The notes: generated by a model from the letters alone, not told the origin. Shown: positions 1-7,517, counted from the first letter of the stretch. The stretch is 56,238 nt of DNA from a bacterium (GCA_024710535.1 JANJUO010000279.1:1-56238); one strand, 5' to 3'. Program-made: numbers and translations.

Positions 1-141
1 GGCCAGGTACTTTCGGGCCTTGTCGTCCAGCTTGTCCATCGTGTACCGGCTGGTGACGAACATCACCAGGCCGCCGGGCTTGACGCGATCAATGGTTTTG
101 GCAAAGAAGTAGTCATGCAGCGACAGCGCGCGCTTGGCATA
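1..141. repeat. Terminal overlap copy 1 (identical to 56098-56238)
   Basis: Direct comparison of the first and last lines of the window shows 141/141 identity. The overlap lies inside the methyltransferase-coding part of the giant ORF. Confidence 0.95.
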
Positions 142-3100
142 TTCCGGGTCGCCCAGGATCTTCGTGCCAGAGAACGGCGGGTTGCCGATGGCCACGTCAA
201 AGAAGTTCTTGGGAAGCTTCGTGTCAACGAACGACTCGACCAGGATGCGCTCATCCGGAAAAAGCTGCTTGAGGATGCCGCCCGTCATGGGCTCGAACTC
301 AATGCCGGTGTAGGACGAGCTGGCCGCGATGCCTTCAGGCATCAAGCCAGGGAAGATGCCGATGCCGGATCCGGGCTCCAGAATGGTGCCACCGGCAAAG
401 CCCATGCGCTGGGCTGCGCGCCACATGGACGAGACGACCGCCTTGCTGGTGTAGTGGGCGTACTGCGTGCTGCGCGAGGCGTCAGCAAACTCCTCGGGGG
501 TCAACAGTGCCTTGAGGCGGTCCCGCATTTCGATCCAGCGCAGCGTCTGCTTGTCGGGCATGACCTTCTTGATCATGTCCCGCGTGATCTCCTTGTGGGT
601 GTACCAGGTGATCTGAGGGTCGACCGCCTGCAGAGCCTTGAAGGCGTCCATGAACTCGGGGTCGCCCGAGACGTACTGGCGGCGGTAGCCAACGGTGTCA
701 TAGCCGCCGGGCTTGAGCGAATCCTTGCCGGCCTTGTCCATGGCGGCCAGGGCTTTCTCTGCCGACTCCTTGATGCTGGCGGCCTTGTTCAGCTTGTCGC
801 CGAACAGGTTGTTGGCCAACTCGGATGAGCCCCAACCAATGAACTTGGCCATGGTCTTCTGCTCATCGGCTGTGGCCTGGCGGCCGTCCTTCTGCAGGCG
901 CTTGAGCACCTCGATAGCGGAGATGTTCGCCTCGGCCTTGGAGAACCAAGAGCCGGTATAGGTCAGATCGTCGTTGCCGAACCGGTAGTTCAGGCCTGAC
1001 TTGGGGGCGATGTCTCGGCCTGCAGGGACTCCACCCACTGCGCCATCGCCATTTCCTGGTGCGCCAGATCGGCGGCGCGGATTCGCTTGGCGCTCTCCAT
1101 CGGCCCCAGGCTGTCCCACTTTTGCGCCGCGCGCTGCTGCTGCGTCATCGTCACCACGTTGCTGCTGATCTCCTCGGCTGCGTCGCGCACGAACGCCGCC
1201 AACGTCCCCTTGCTGTCCATTTCCTTGAACAGGGCGGGCGCCTTGGCCTTGAGCGTTTCCTTGACCAGGTTGTGCAGTTGCATCATCGCCTCCGAATAGA
1301 TCGGGCTCATTGTAGCCGTTTACGGCTAGCTGTGGTACATTGGAGTCGAGAGGTGTACCAATGAGAGTCCCAGACAAATTCCCGCCCGGCTGCGAATTCG
1401 GCACCAACGGTGACGCAACCGAGTTCGTCAAGTTCCCGGATGGCCGGGTGTTCCGACTCGACGAAGACACCGGGCTGCTGGCCTTGACGCCTGCCAAGGA
1501 TTTGCCCATGTCGCCCGGCAGCAACCGGTCGGACGAAGCCTCGTTGCGTGCCGCGGCAGCAGCGGCGGCCAAGGGGTAAATCTCCCGCTGAGAGTCCACG
1601 GCATCGGCCCTGGCCTTTGAACCTTCCTTCTCTGCACGCTCGATCTCATATAGCGCATGACCCTCGGCCAGCTTCACAGCCAGCATTTCTGGCACGTTGA
1701 TCTGGATCTCGGCGATCACCCCGTTGGGCAGCTTCACATTGACCAGCACCTGGCCGTAGCCTGACGGCACAAATGAGCCGCGCTTGCCGTCGATCTCGGC
1801 GTCGGTCATGTTCTTGACGCGGCCGGGCAGCACGTCGAACTGCTCCCGAATCGCATCCAGCACCACCTGGGCGTCCGCATAGCTGCTCACCACGATGGTC
1901 GAGCGCAGCATGTCGTACATCTTGTTCGCATCAAACATGGCCTCGTTGACCAGCTTGCGCGTCGCGCTGTCCAGAGACTTGACCGTCGTGAGCATCTGCC
2001 CAAGAGCGCCCGTCTTCTTGGCAATGTCGATGACCTTCTGATCGTACTCAGCTTTGGTGTCCTCGGCCCGGCGGATCAGCGGCTTGATCATCACCTCGGC
2101 ACGCGCGCGGTCGGCTTCGCTGATCGGGATCGGGGCGGCGGCCTTGCTCAGATCCCGAATCTGAGCGCGCGCCTTCTCCAGGACATCGGCCGCGATGAAC
2201 GTGTCTGTCGCCGGCGGCTTGAAGTTGTCGCGCGCCGGGTTGTATTCGCGACCGTTGATCGTGGCCACCTTCGGTGGCGTCTCGGCCAGCATGTTCGCCA
2301 GGTCGAACAAATCGCCCTGAACTGCATCGGTGGCAGCGTCCAGGTCGTCGAACAGGCTGCCCTGCTCCGCGGCCTTGGGGCGCGTCTCCATGGCCTGCAG
2401 CGCGGCCTTGTTGTAGGTCGCCGGTGCAATCTTGTTCCAGAAGGTCTTGAATCGCGGATCCTGCTTGAGCTGATCCTTCACCCACTTGGTGGTGGCCTTC
2501 ATGTCGGTACCGGCAATACGGATGGCCGAGTCGAACAGTTTGACCAGGGTCGGCATCAGGCCGGGGGTGTCCTCGGGGACCATCGCAGCGCGGGTGTGCT
2601 TGGATGCAATGGCCGCCAGGTCCGCCAGGGCGTCCTTGAAGTCCTGCACCGCCTCGGCGCGCTTGAGCGTCAGGTCGTTGGCACCATCGGACTGCTTGAC
2701 CCCGGGGAAGCTACGCACGACGGCCAGCAGCTCCTTGATCGGCGCATTGAAGCGGATCACCTGGGCCTGGTCGTTGGCAGCCACGGAGCCCATCCACTGA
2801 TGGTGACCGTCAAGAACGTACCCATCGGACGAAACCAGCACAGAGCGGTCGCCCTTCGTGTCGCTCTCCATCCAACCGCGAACCTTCTTGGGGGAGAACT
2901 CGGCCTGGGTGGGCTTGAGATCCGAAGCGGGAACAGCGGCACGCTCATGCTCGATGCCCCGCGACTTCAGGAAAGCGATCAGCGCTGGGCGCTCGGTGAC
3001 TTTGACCTGAGGCATCAGGGCACGGGGAATACCCAACGTGCCCGAGTCCTCGGGGAACATCACCCATTCGGCCTGGCCGTCTGCTGCGCCTTGCTGTCCT

Positions 3101-5922
3101 GATTGGGCATTTTGGCTGGCGCCTTCATTTCCGCCAGGGCCTTGGCCACGGCCTTGCGCATCTTCGGGTTGCTGTCGATCTTGGCCAGCAGGTCGGTCAG
3201 TGCTTTGCTCTTGCTCATTGGTCCCCTTTGCGGTCTTGAGTAGATCGGCGCGCGTCGGCGCCTCGGTGTCACCCAGCAGTGATCCCTGATTCGGGTCGCC
3301 GGCCGCCTCCAGGGCCTCGTAGTAGCGCTGCAGGAACTCGGCAATGCGCCGCGGACTGCGGATGTTGTCGGCCAGGAACTGGAGCAGATCGGCTGCCTCG
3401 GCGGAATACTTCGGCCCGGTCAGGTCGGTCTGACCCAGCTCCTGGGCCACCGTCCAGCCTTTGTCCTTGATCGAAGACAGACCCTCAACGGCCTGCACCA
3501 GGTCGGGCGCAATGTCGGCGTCATAAAGGCTACCGGCCTGCACTCGGTCCCGTGCAGCCGCAATCGAGGGGGCGGCGCGCACCAGGGCCTTGGAGACGTT
3601 GACCAGGTTGTTGTCCAGGCTCTCGGTCATCCGGCGCAGGGTCGGGCTGTCACCGTAGGCCTTGGCCAGGATGGCGTTCTGCATCCGGCGATAGCCGGTA
3701 GTCGACAGCCGCCCGTCACTCTCGATCATGTCCGACTGCTCGGTGATCGGCAGGGTTGCCATGAACTGGCGGATGAAGTCGTAGCTGGTGCTGAAGTCGC
3801 CGTTGTCGTCGGGCTGCAGGCCCTCCAGGCTGGTCAGGCGCCGGGCATCGGCCGAAGCCTGCTCGCTCGGGCTCATGCGCTGGATGGTCGACTGGTTGGC
3901 CTGGCGAGCAAACTCTGCCCGGTTCACCGGTGTGGCGCGAACCCGCACCAGCACTGGCTTGCGCATGCCGTCGACAGCCTCAGGCGTGATGCCGAACTGA
4001 GCGGCGGACTGGCGCAGCCAAGCCTTGTAATCCTCAGCTTTTTGGCCTTGAGCCTGGTACACGCGCTTGAGGGCGATCGTCCGGGCGTTGCCGGACTCCA
4101 CCAGGCCATCAGCGCCCACAATCGGTGCACCGGTGGCGGCGTCGGCGGAAACACCGAGACGCGCGGGATCCAGACGCTGCACGATGCTGGACACCTGCAA
4201 CTCGCTGGCCTGGCGCGATCGGTCGCGCGGCTGAAGCTCGGGAGGGAACAGCGGGTTCTGGCGCAGGTTCTCGTCGTGCGAGGTCACCAGGTCATCGGCA
4301 TCGACGAGGGCGTATTCGCCGTCCAGCTTGACGCCGGCCTCCGTCGAGAAGGATGTCGGCGCCCCTTTGATGGCAGTCGGCCAGGTCCGGGCGATCGAAT
4401 CGCGCTCGGCCTGGATCTGCTGGGCTTGCTGCGCCAGGTCGTTTCGCTCCGTGTCGAAGGCCGGGCCGTAGCCGTTTTCCGGCGACAGTTCGGTCATGCG
4501 CTTTTCCAAGCGCTGCAGCTCGGCACCAAGCTGGTCAGCGCGATCGAGCGCGGTCAGGTTGACCGGTTTGCGCAGCGCGCGCTCGGCCTCGTCAGTCGAC
4601 GAAGTGGCTACCCCAGCGGCTTGAACATTGGAATCGGGTCGTCCCGTGTCGGATACAACGGGGGCGGCGGCTCCATCAGTTCGCGCTGGCGTTGCCGCTT
4701 GATCTTGCCCGGCTTCAGGGATGGCCCCCTCATTGATGACGGCGCCATCGGATCCTTGCGCTTGGTTCGTGACACCTTGATCCCCTGAAAAGCGGTCCCG
4801 AATGCCGCTGTACGCGCCGCGGCCAGCGCCGGCTGGCGCGCCGCCCATGGCGCCCAGCACCAGGTTGGCTGCGGAGTCTTCGCCGATTTCCTTGGTCGGC
4901 ACGACACTGGCCACGCCAATATCAGAGGCAACGCCTTCGCCGACCTCTTGCACGCCCTCCTCGGCACCAGACAGCACAGCGCCTGCCGCGGTTTTTCCGG
5001 CAATCGACTTGCCTGCGGCACGGGTCAGAAGCGGGTCGAGCTTGCCGGTGACCAGCTTGCCGGTGAACCGATCGCCCACCGAGGCCACCGTGCCCTGAAG
5101 AAGCGCAGCAGACTCCGAGGCCTTGTCGAGGGTGAGACGGCGAGCCTCCTCGTAGGACGCCCCACCGTTGACCAGGCGGGCAAAGAACGGGCTTTGCTGC
5201 ATGAGCTCGTCATCGGTCTTGCCGGCGATGAAGCGGCTGGCGGACTCTGCACCTTCGCCCGCGGCCATGGATCCCCCAATCGCGCCGCCGACGTTCGGGC
5301 TCTTGGTCAACAAGGAGCCGACGACGACCGGCAGCATGGACCCGAACACATCGGATGCCTGCATCACAAAGCCGCGGACACTCGGATCCTTGCCGAAATC
5401 GATCTCACCCTTGAAGATGTTGCCGGTGATCTGGCTGTCGGCCACCGCCTGGCGGGTCGCTTCGCTGGTAGTGGCATGGATGGCCTCACGCCCATCCTGG
5501 CCAGCCTTGGCAAGGGAGCGGGCACCGGGGAGATTCGGAATACCAGAGGCTGCGCGCTCGGCGGCCAGGAATCGGACGTCCTTGTCGCGCTGAGTCTCTG
5601 GGCCGTGGATGGTTTCGTCAGTATCGATGCCCGGGTTGTAGATACCCGCCGGCACCATGGAGTCGCCTGAGGCTTCTACGGAGCTTCGGACAAGGGACTT
5701 GACGCCCTTCTCAATGCCCAAGGGGATCGATGCGACCCCAGAGACGACGGCGCCCGCGGCCCGCTTTCCCATGTCCAGGCCAAACTCGGCGATACCGTCA
5801 ATGAAAGACTGCTTCTTGGCGGGCTTTTGAGCTCCGCCTTCAGTCTCGAAATCCTGTTCCCAGGGTTTGGCGCCAGTGTCGGCAGTTTCAGCGGACCAGT
5901 CTTGTTCCCATGGTTTGGACAT
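1..5922 (-). CDS. Giant polyvalent multidomain protein, N-terminal part (ATG 5922); the ORF leaves the window at nt 1 and continues from 56097 downwards on the circle
   Basis: The minus frame with codon starts divisible by 3 has an in-frame TAG at 5926-5928 and then no stop down to nt 1. The track lists no ORF in this frame because it never terminates here. ATG 5922 follows GGGG..AGAG. Hand translation gives ParB-like motifs (LQPRDRS 4216-4236, SGNAR 4081-4095, DGHHQ 2797-2811), RelA/SpoT-like motifs (SGYGQ 1750-1764, AEIQI 1699-1713) and N6-MTase motifs (EPGSGIG ~355-390, NPPF 172-183). Confidence 0.85.
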   Translation of the reverse strand, partial: MSKPWEQDWSAETADTGAKPWEQDFETEGGAQKPAKKQSFIDGIAEFGLDMGKRAAGAVVSGVASIPLGIEKGVKSLVRSSVEASGDSMVPAGIYNPGIDTDETIHGPETQRDKDVRFLAAERAASGIPNLPGARSLAKAGQDGREAIHATTSEATRQAVADSQITGNIFKGEIDFGKDPSVRGFVMQASDVFGSMLPVVVGSLLTKSPNVGGAIGGSMAAGEGAESASRFIAGKTDDELMQQSPFFARLVNGGASYEEARRLTLDKASESAALLQGTVASVGDRFTGKLVTGKLDPLLTRAAGKSIAGKTAAGAVLSGAEEGVQEVGEGVASDIGVASVVPTKEIGEDSAANLVLGAMGGAPAGAGRGAYSGIRDRFSGDQGVTNQAQGSDGAVINEGAIPEAGQDQAATPARTDGAAAPVVSDTGRPDSNVQAAGVATSSTDEAERALRKPVNLTALDRADQLGAELQRLEKRMTELSPENGYGPAFDTERNDLAQQAQQIQAERDSIARTWPTAIKGAPTSFSTEAGVKLDGEYALVDADDLVTSHDENLRQNPLFPPELQPRDRSRQASELQVSSIVQRLDPARLGVSADAATGAPIVGADGLVESGNARTIALKRVYQAQGQKAEDYKAWLRQSAAQFGITPEAVDGMRKPVLVRVRATPVNRAEFARQANQSTIQRMSPSEQASADARRLTSLEGLQPDDNGDFSTSYDFIRQFMATLPITEQSDMIESDGRLSTTGYRRMQNAILAKAYGDSPTLRRMTESLDNNLVNVSKALVRAAPSIAAARDRVQAGSLYDADIAPDLVQAVEGLSSIKDKGWTVAQELGQTDLTGPKYSAEAADLLQFLADNIRSPRRIAEFLQRYYEALEAAGDPNQGSLLGDTEAPTRADLLKTAKGTNEQEQSTDRPAGQDRQQPEDAQGRGQGPGGNEGASQNAQSGQQGAADGQAEWVMFPEDSGTLGIPRALMPQVKVTERPALIAFLKSRGIEHERAAVPASDLKPTQAEFSPKKVRGWMESDTKGDRSVLVSSDGYVLDGHHQWMGSVAANDQAQVIRFNAPIKELLAVVRSFPGVKQSDGANDLTLKRAEAVQDFKDALADLAAIASKHTRAAMVPEDTPGLMPTLVKLFDSAIRIAGTDMKATTKWVKDQLKQDPRFKTFWNKIAPATYNKAALQAMETRPKAAEQGSLFDDLDAATDAVQGDLFDLANMLAETPPKVATINGREYNPARDNFKPPATDTFIAADVLEKARAQIRDLSKAAAPIPISEADRARAEVMIKPLIRRAEDTKAEYDQKVIDIAKKTGALGQMLTTVKSLDSATRKLVNEAMFDANKMYDMLRSTIVVSSYADAQVVLDAIREQFDVLPGRVKNMTDAEIDGKRGSFVPSGYGQVLVNVKLPNGVIAEIQINVPEMLAVKLAEGHALYEIERAEKEGSKARADAVDSQREIYPLAAAAAAARNEASSDRLLPGDMGKSLAGVKASSPVSSSSRNTRPSGNLTNSVASPLVPNSQPGGNLSGTLIGTPLDSNVPQLAVNGYNEPDLFGGDDATAQPGQGNAQGQGARPVQGNGQQGDVGGVRARRSRGDQQQRGDDDAAAARGAKVGQPGADGERQANPRRRSGAPGNGDGAVGGVPAGRDIAPKSGLNYRFGNDDLTYTGSWFSKAEANISAIEVLKRLQKDGRQATADEQKTMAKFIGWGSSELANNLFGDKLNKAASIKESAEKALAAMDKAGKDSLKPGGYDTVGYRRQYVSGDPEFMDAFKALQAVDPQITWYTHKEITRDMIKKVMPDKQTLRWIEMRDRLKALLTPEEFADASRSTQYAHYTSKAVVSSMWRAAQRMGFAGGTILEPGSGIGIFPGLMPEGIAASSSYTGIEFEPMTGGILKQLFPDERILVESFVDTKLPKNFFDVAIGNPPFSGTKILGDPEYAKRALSLHDYFFAKTIDRVKPGGLVMFVTSRYTMDKLDDKARKYLA
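990..1310 (-). CDS. 106-aa helical protein encoded in the +1 frame of the giant ORF (MSPIYSEAMMQLHNLVKETLKAKAPALFKEMDSKGTLAAFVRDAAEEISSNVV...)
   Basis: Third-position GC is 18/20 in this frame and 8/20 in the giant frame in both 1021-1080 and 1201-1260. The pattern reverts to 17/20 for the giant frame in 901-960. The sequence is strongly protein-like, whereas the giant frame reads G/Q/R/D junk. ATG 1310 follows a stop at 1320-1322 and a 48 % GC gap. No clear SD. Confidence 0.6.
   Translation of the reverse strand: MSPIYSEAMMQLHNLVKETLKAKAPALFKEMDSKGTLAAFVRDAAEEISSNVVTMTQQQRAAQKWDSLGPMESAKRIRAADLAHQEMAMAQWVESLQAETSPPSQA
1313..1328. promoter_or_regulatory. Operator-like inverted repeat TAGCCGT-TT-ACGGCTA in an AT-richer gap inside the giant ORF
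   Basis: Perfect 7-bp arms lie between the divergent starts at 1310 (-) and 1361 (+). 1321-1380 is 29/60 GC with no codon periodicity. The core AGCCGTTTAC recurs at 38179-38191, with close variants at the early promoter regions (34565-34579, 36059-36124). A possible extended -10 TGgTACATT lies at 1333-1341 (+). Confidence 0.45.
1361..1579 (+). CDS. Possible 72-aa plus-strand ORF antisense to the giant ORF (MRVPDKFPPGCEFGTNGDATEFVKFPDGRVFRLDEDTGLLALTPAKDL...)
   Basis: ATG 1361 lies 7 nt after GAGAGG (1348-1353). Third codon positions coincide with those of the antisense giant frame, so GC3 is uninformative. First-position G enrichment and amino-acid composition favour the plus strand. The giant-frame translation here is S/P/G-rich and junk-like. 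Confidence 0.35.
   Translation: MRVPDKFPPGCEFGTNGDATEFVKFPDGRVFRLDEDTGLLALTPAKDLPMSPGSNRSDEASLRAAAAAAAKG
3060..3218 (-). CDS. Possible 52-aa ORF in the +1 frame of the giant ORF (MSKSKALTDLLAKIDSNPKMRKAVAKALAEMKAPAKMPNQDSKAQQTARPNG)
   Basis: ATG 3218 sits 5 nt after AAGGGG. In 3121-3180 third-position GC is 19/20 in this frame and 8/20 in the giant frame. The stop TGA (3060-3062) overlaps an in-frame ATG of the giant frame (TGATG) that opens the ParB-like DGHHQ module (MFPEDSGTLGIPRAL...). Confidence 0.45.
   Translation of the reverse strand: MSKSKALTDLLAKIDSNPKMRKAVAKALAEMKAPAKMPNQDSKAQQTARPNG
4608..4748 (-). CDS. Possible 46-aa ORF in the +1 frame of the giant ORF (MAPSSMRGPSLKPGKIKRQRQRELMEPPPPLYPTRDDPIPMFKPLG)
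   Basis: ATG 4748 sits 5 nt after AAGGA. In 4621-4680 the third-position GC is 9/20 in the giant frame and 15/20 in the +1 frame. The giant-frame translation here is a Q/G/D/A/T low-complexity stretch. The +1 signal could also be a composition artefact. Confidence 0.25.
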   Translation of the reverse strand: MAPSSMRGPSLKPGKIKRQRQRELMEPPPPLYPTRDDPIPMFKPLG

Positions 5923-5981
5923 GCTCTAACCCCATGCATTCGATGGGGTGTGAGCCTGTCATGCTTGCCACGTTTGCCGGG

Positions 5982-7517
5982 TCACTGAACCTTGCCGGCC
6001 GACACCTTGCGCCAGCTTTTCTCGTCATTCGGGTTGCCACCAAGGAATTCGTATCCGCCCACCACCTGACCCTTTGAGATCGTGCGGCCGCTCGACTTGC
6101 CACCGCCTGACGCCCCACCAGTAGGCGCCAGAAACTTCTGCAACGCCTCGTTGGTGTCTGTGATCTGGTTCTTGCGCATGAACTCGAAGAACTCGCGCTC
6201 CCGGGTCGGGTTGCGGTTGACCACCTGGCGCCCGGTCATTGGATCCACCAGGGCGTTGCCGTTGGCGTCCGTCGCCGGGGTGCCCAGCAGAGTAGTCACG
6301 TCACCGGCCTCGACCTTGTAGCCGCCTTCCTTCTTGGGTACGGCTGGCAGCACCCCGCGCCGCACAGCCTCAAGCTCGGCGGCAGTTGCTCCAGGGTTGC
6401 GCTCCTGGAACAAGGCAACTCCCGCTGCTATACGGGCCGCCTCCTCGGACTTGCTGGCCCCAGCGCTGGCTGCTGCACGCCCCTCCGCGCGCTCCGCACG
6501 AGCATCCTGGCGCAGCGCCAACGCGTTGCGGAACTCGTTCTGCGACCAGTTGTAGACGGCCATCGGGTCCTTGAGGGCGGCCAGCGACGATGTCAGATGG
6601 TTCACATCCTTGAAGGTCATGGGCGGCATCGGCTGGCCACCGTCAGACTGGCGCTCAACGACGATGGAGCCGTTCGCACCCTGCCTCACGCCGGTGACCG
6701 TTGCACCGTCAGGCAAAAATCGATCGTAGAACTGGCGCGCAGCATCGAGATCGCCCGCATTGACCGCGGCGATGGTTTGCCCCAGCGCCTGGTCGCGCTG
6801 GGCTGTTTCAAGCTGGATCTTGACGAACGACTGCGCGTTGTAGTCCTTGATAATGGCCTGCGCAGCGTCGGTCTTGCCCGCTTCAATCAGCTTAGCCGCC
6901 TTGAACTGGCTGGCGGCCAGGTAGTCGTCCACCGTGGCCGGCCGCGTCTGCCCGTCCTGGCCAGCAAGCCGGCCTTGCATGAATTGCCCGACTTCACCCT
7001 CCAGGGTCTTCATGAATGCGTCGTTGGCATCCTCCTCGGCACCCTTTCGCATCTCCCGGGTTGCGCGTGCTTCTTCCCACCCGAAACGCTTGTCATCGCG
7101 CTCGGCCATGATCACATCGCGCATCATCCGGGAGCCTTGCACCGGGTCAGATCGACTGACCACCCCGGCAATGGCGCGCTGGCGGGCATTGGCCACATCG
7201 GTGTCAGACATCGTGCCGGCAGTGCGTTTGCCAAGGAAGTCCGTCACCCCCTGCTGCGTCACCTTGGCCGCCATCGACGGGTCGGACTTGGGCGTGACCA
7301 CGTAGGACTTCGAAGATTCGTCCCAGCCGATGTCGTACTGTCCAGACTCGGCCGCGCGGCGCAACTCGTCGCCCTGATCCGCGGTGAACCCTGTTGACTG
7401 CTCTGGGTTGGCTCTGGCGATCTCGTCGATGTCACCCTGATCCATCATGGAGTTCAACCGGCTGCCGATCGACAGGCCACCGCTGAATCCGTTGACAAAG
7501 CCTGCGAACTTGCTCAT
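5982..7517 (-). CDS. Hypothetical virion/internal protein (511 aa)
   Basis: ATG 7517 has SD GGAGAAA and an ATGA overlap with the upstream stop. The sequence is protein-like and Ala/Gln/Asp-rich. It sits between the virion-module genes and the giant ORF. Confidence 0.75.
   Translation of the reverse strand: MSKFAGFVNGFSGGLSIGSRLNSMMDQGDIDEIARANPEQSTGFTADQGDELRRAAESGQYDIGWDESSKSYVVTPKSDPSMAAKVTQQGVTDFLGKRTAGTMSDTDVANARQRAIAGVVSRSDPVQGSRMMRDVIMAERDDKRFGWEEARATREMRKGAEEDANDAFMKTLEGEVGQFMQGRLAGQDGQTRPATVDDYLAASQFKAAKLIEAGKTDAAQAIIKDYNAQSFVKIQLETAQRDQALGQTIAAVNAGDLDAARQFYDRFLPDGATVTGVRQGANGSIVVERQSDGGQPMPPMTFKDVNHLTSSLAALKDPMAVYNWSQNEFRNALALRQDARAERAEGRAAASAGASKSEEAARIAAGVALFQERNPGATAAELEAVRRGVLPAVPKKEGGYKVEAGDVTTLLGTPATDANGNALVDPMTGRQVVNRNPTREREFFEFMRKNQITDTNEALQKFLAPTGGASGGGKSSGRTISKGQVVGGYEFLGGNPNDEKSWRKVSAGKVQ

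Noticed and set aside
5676-6118. Track ORFs 5676..5939 (-) and 5888..6118 (-) as genes in the gap between the 511-aa gene and the giant ORF.
   Set aside because: Their sequences are junk-like. They overlap the well-supported ATG 5922 start region and the 3' end of the 511-aa gene.
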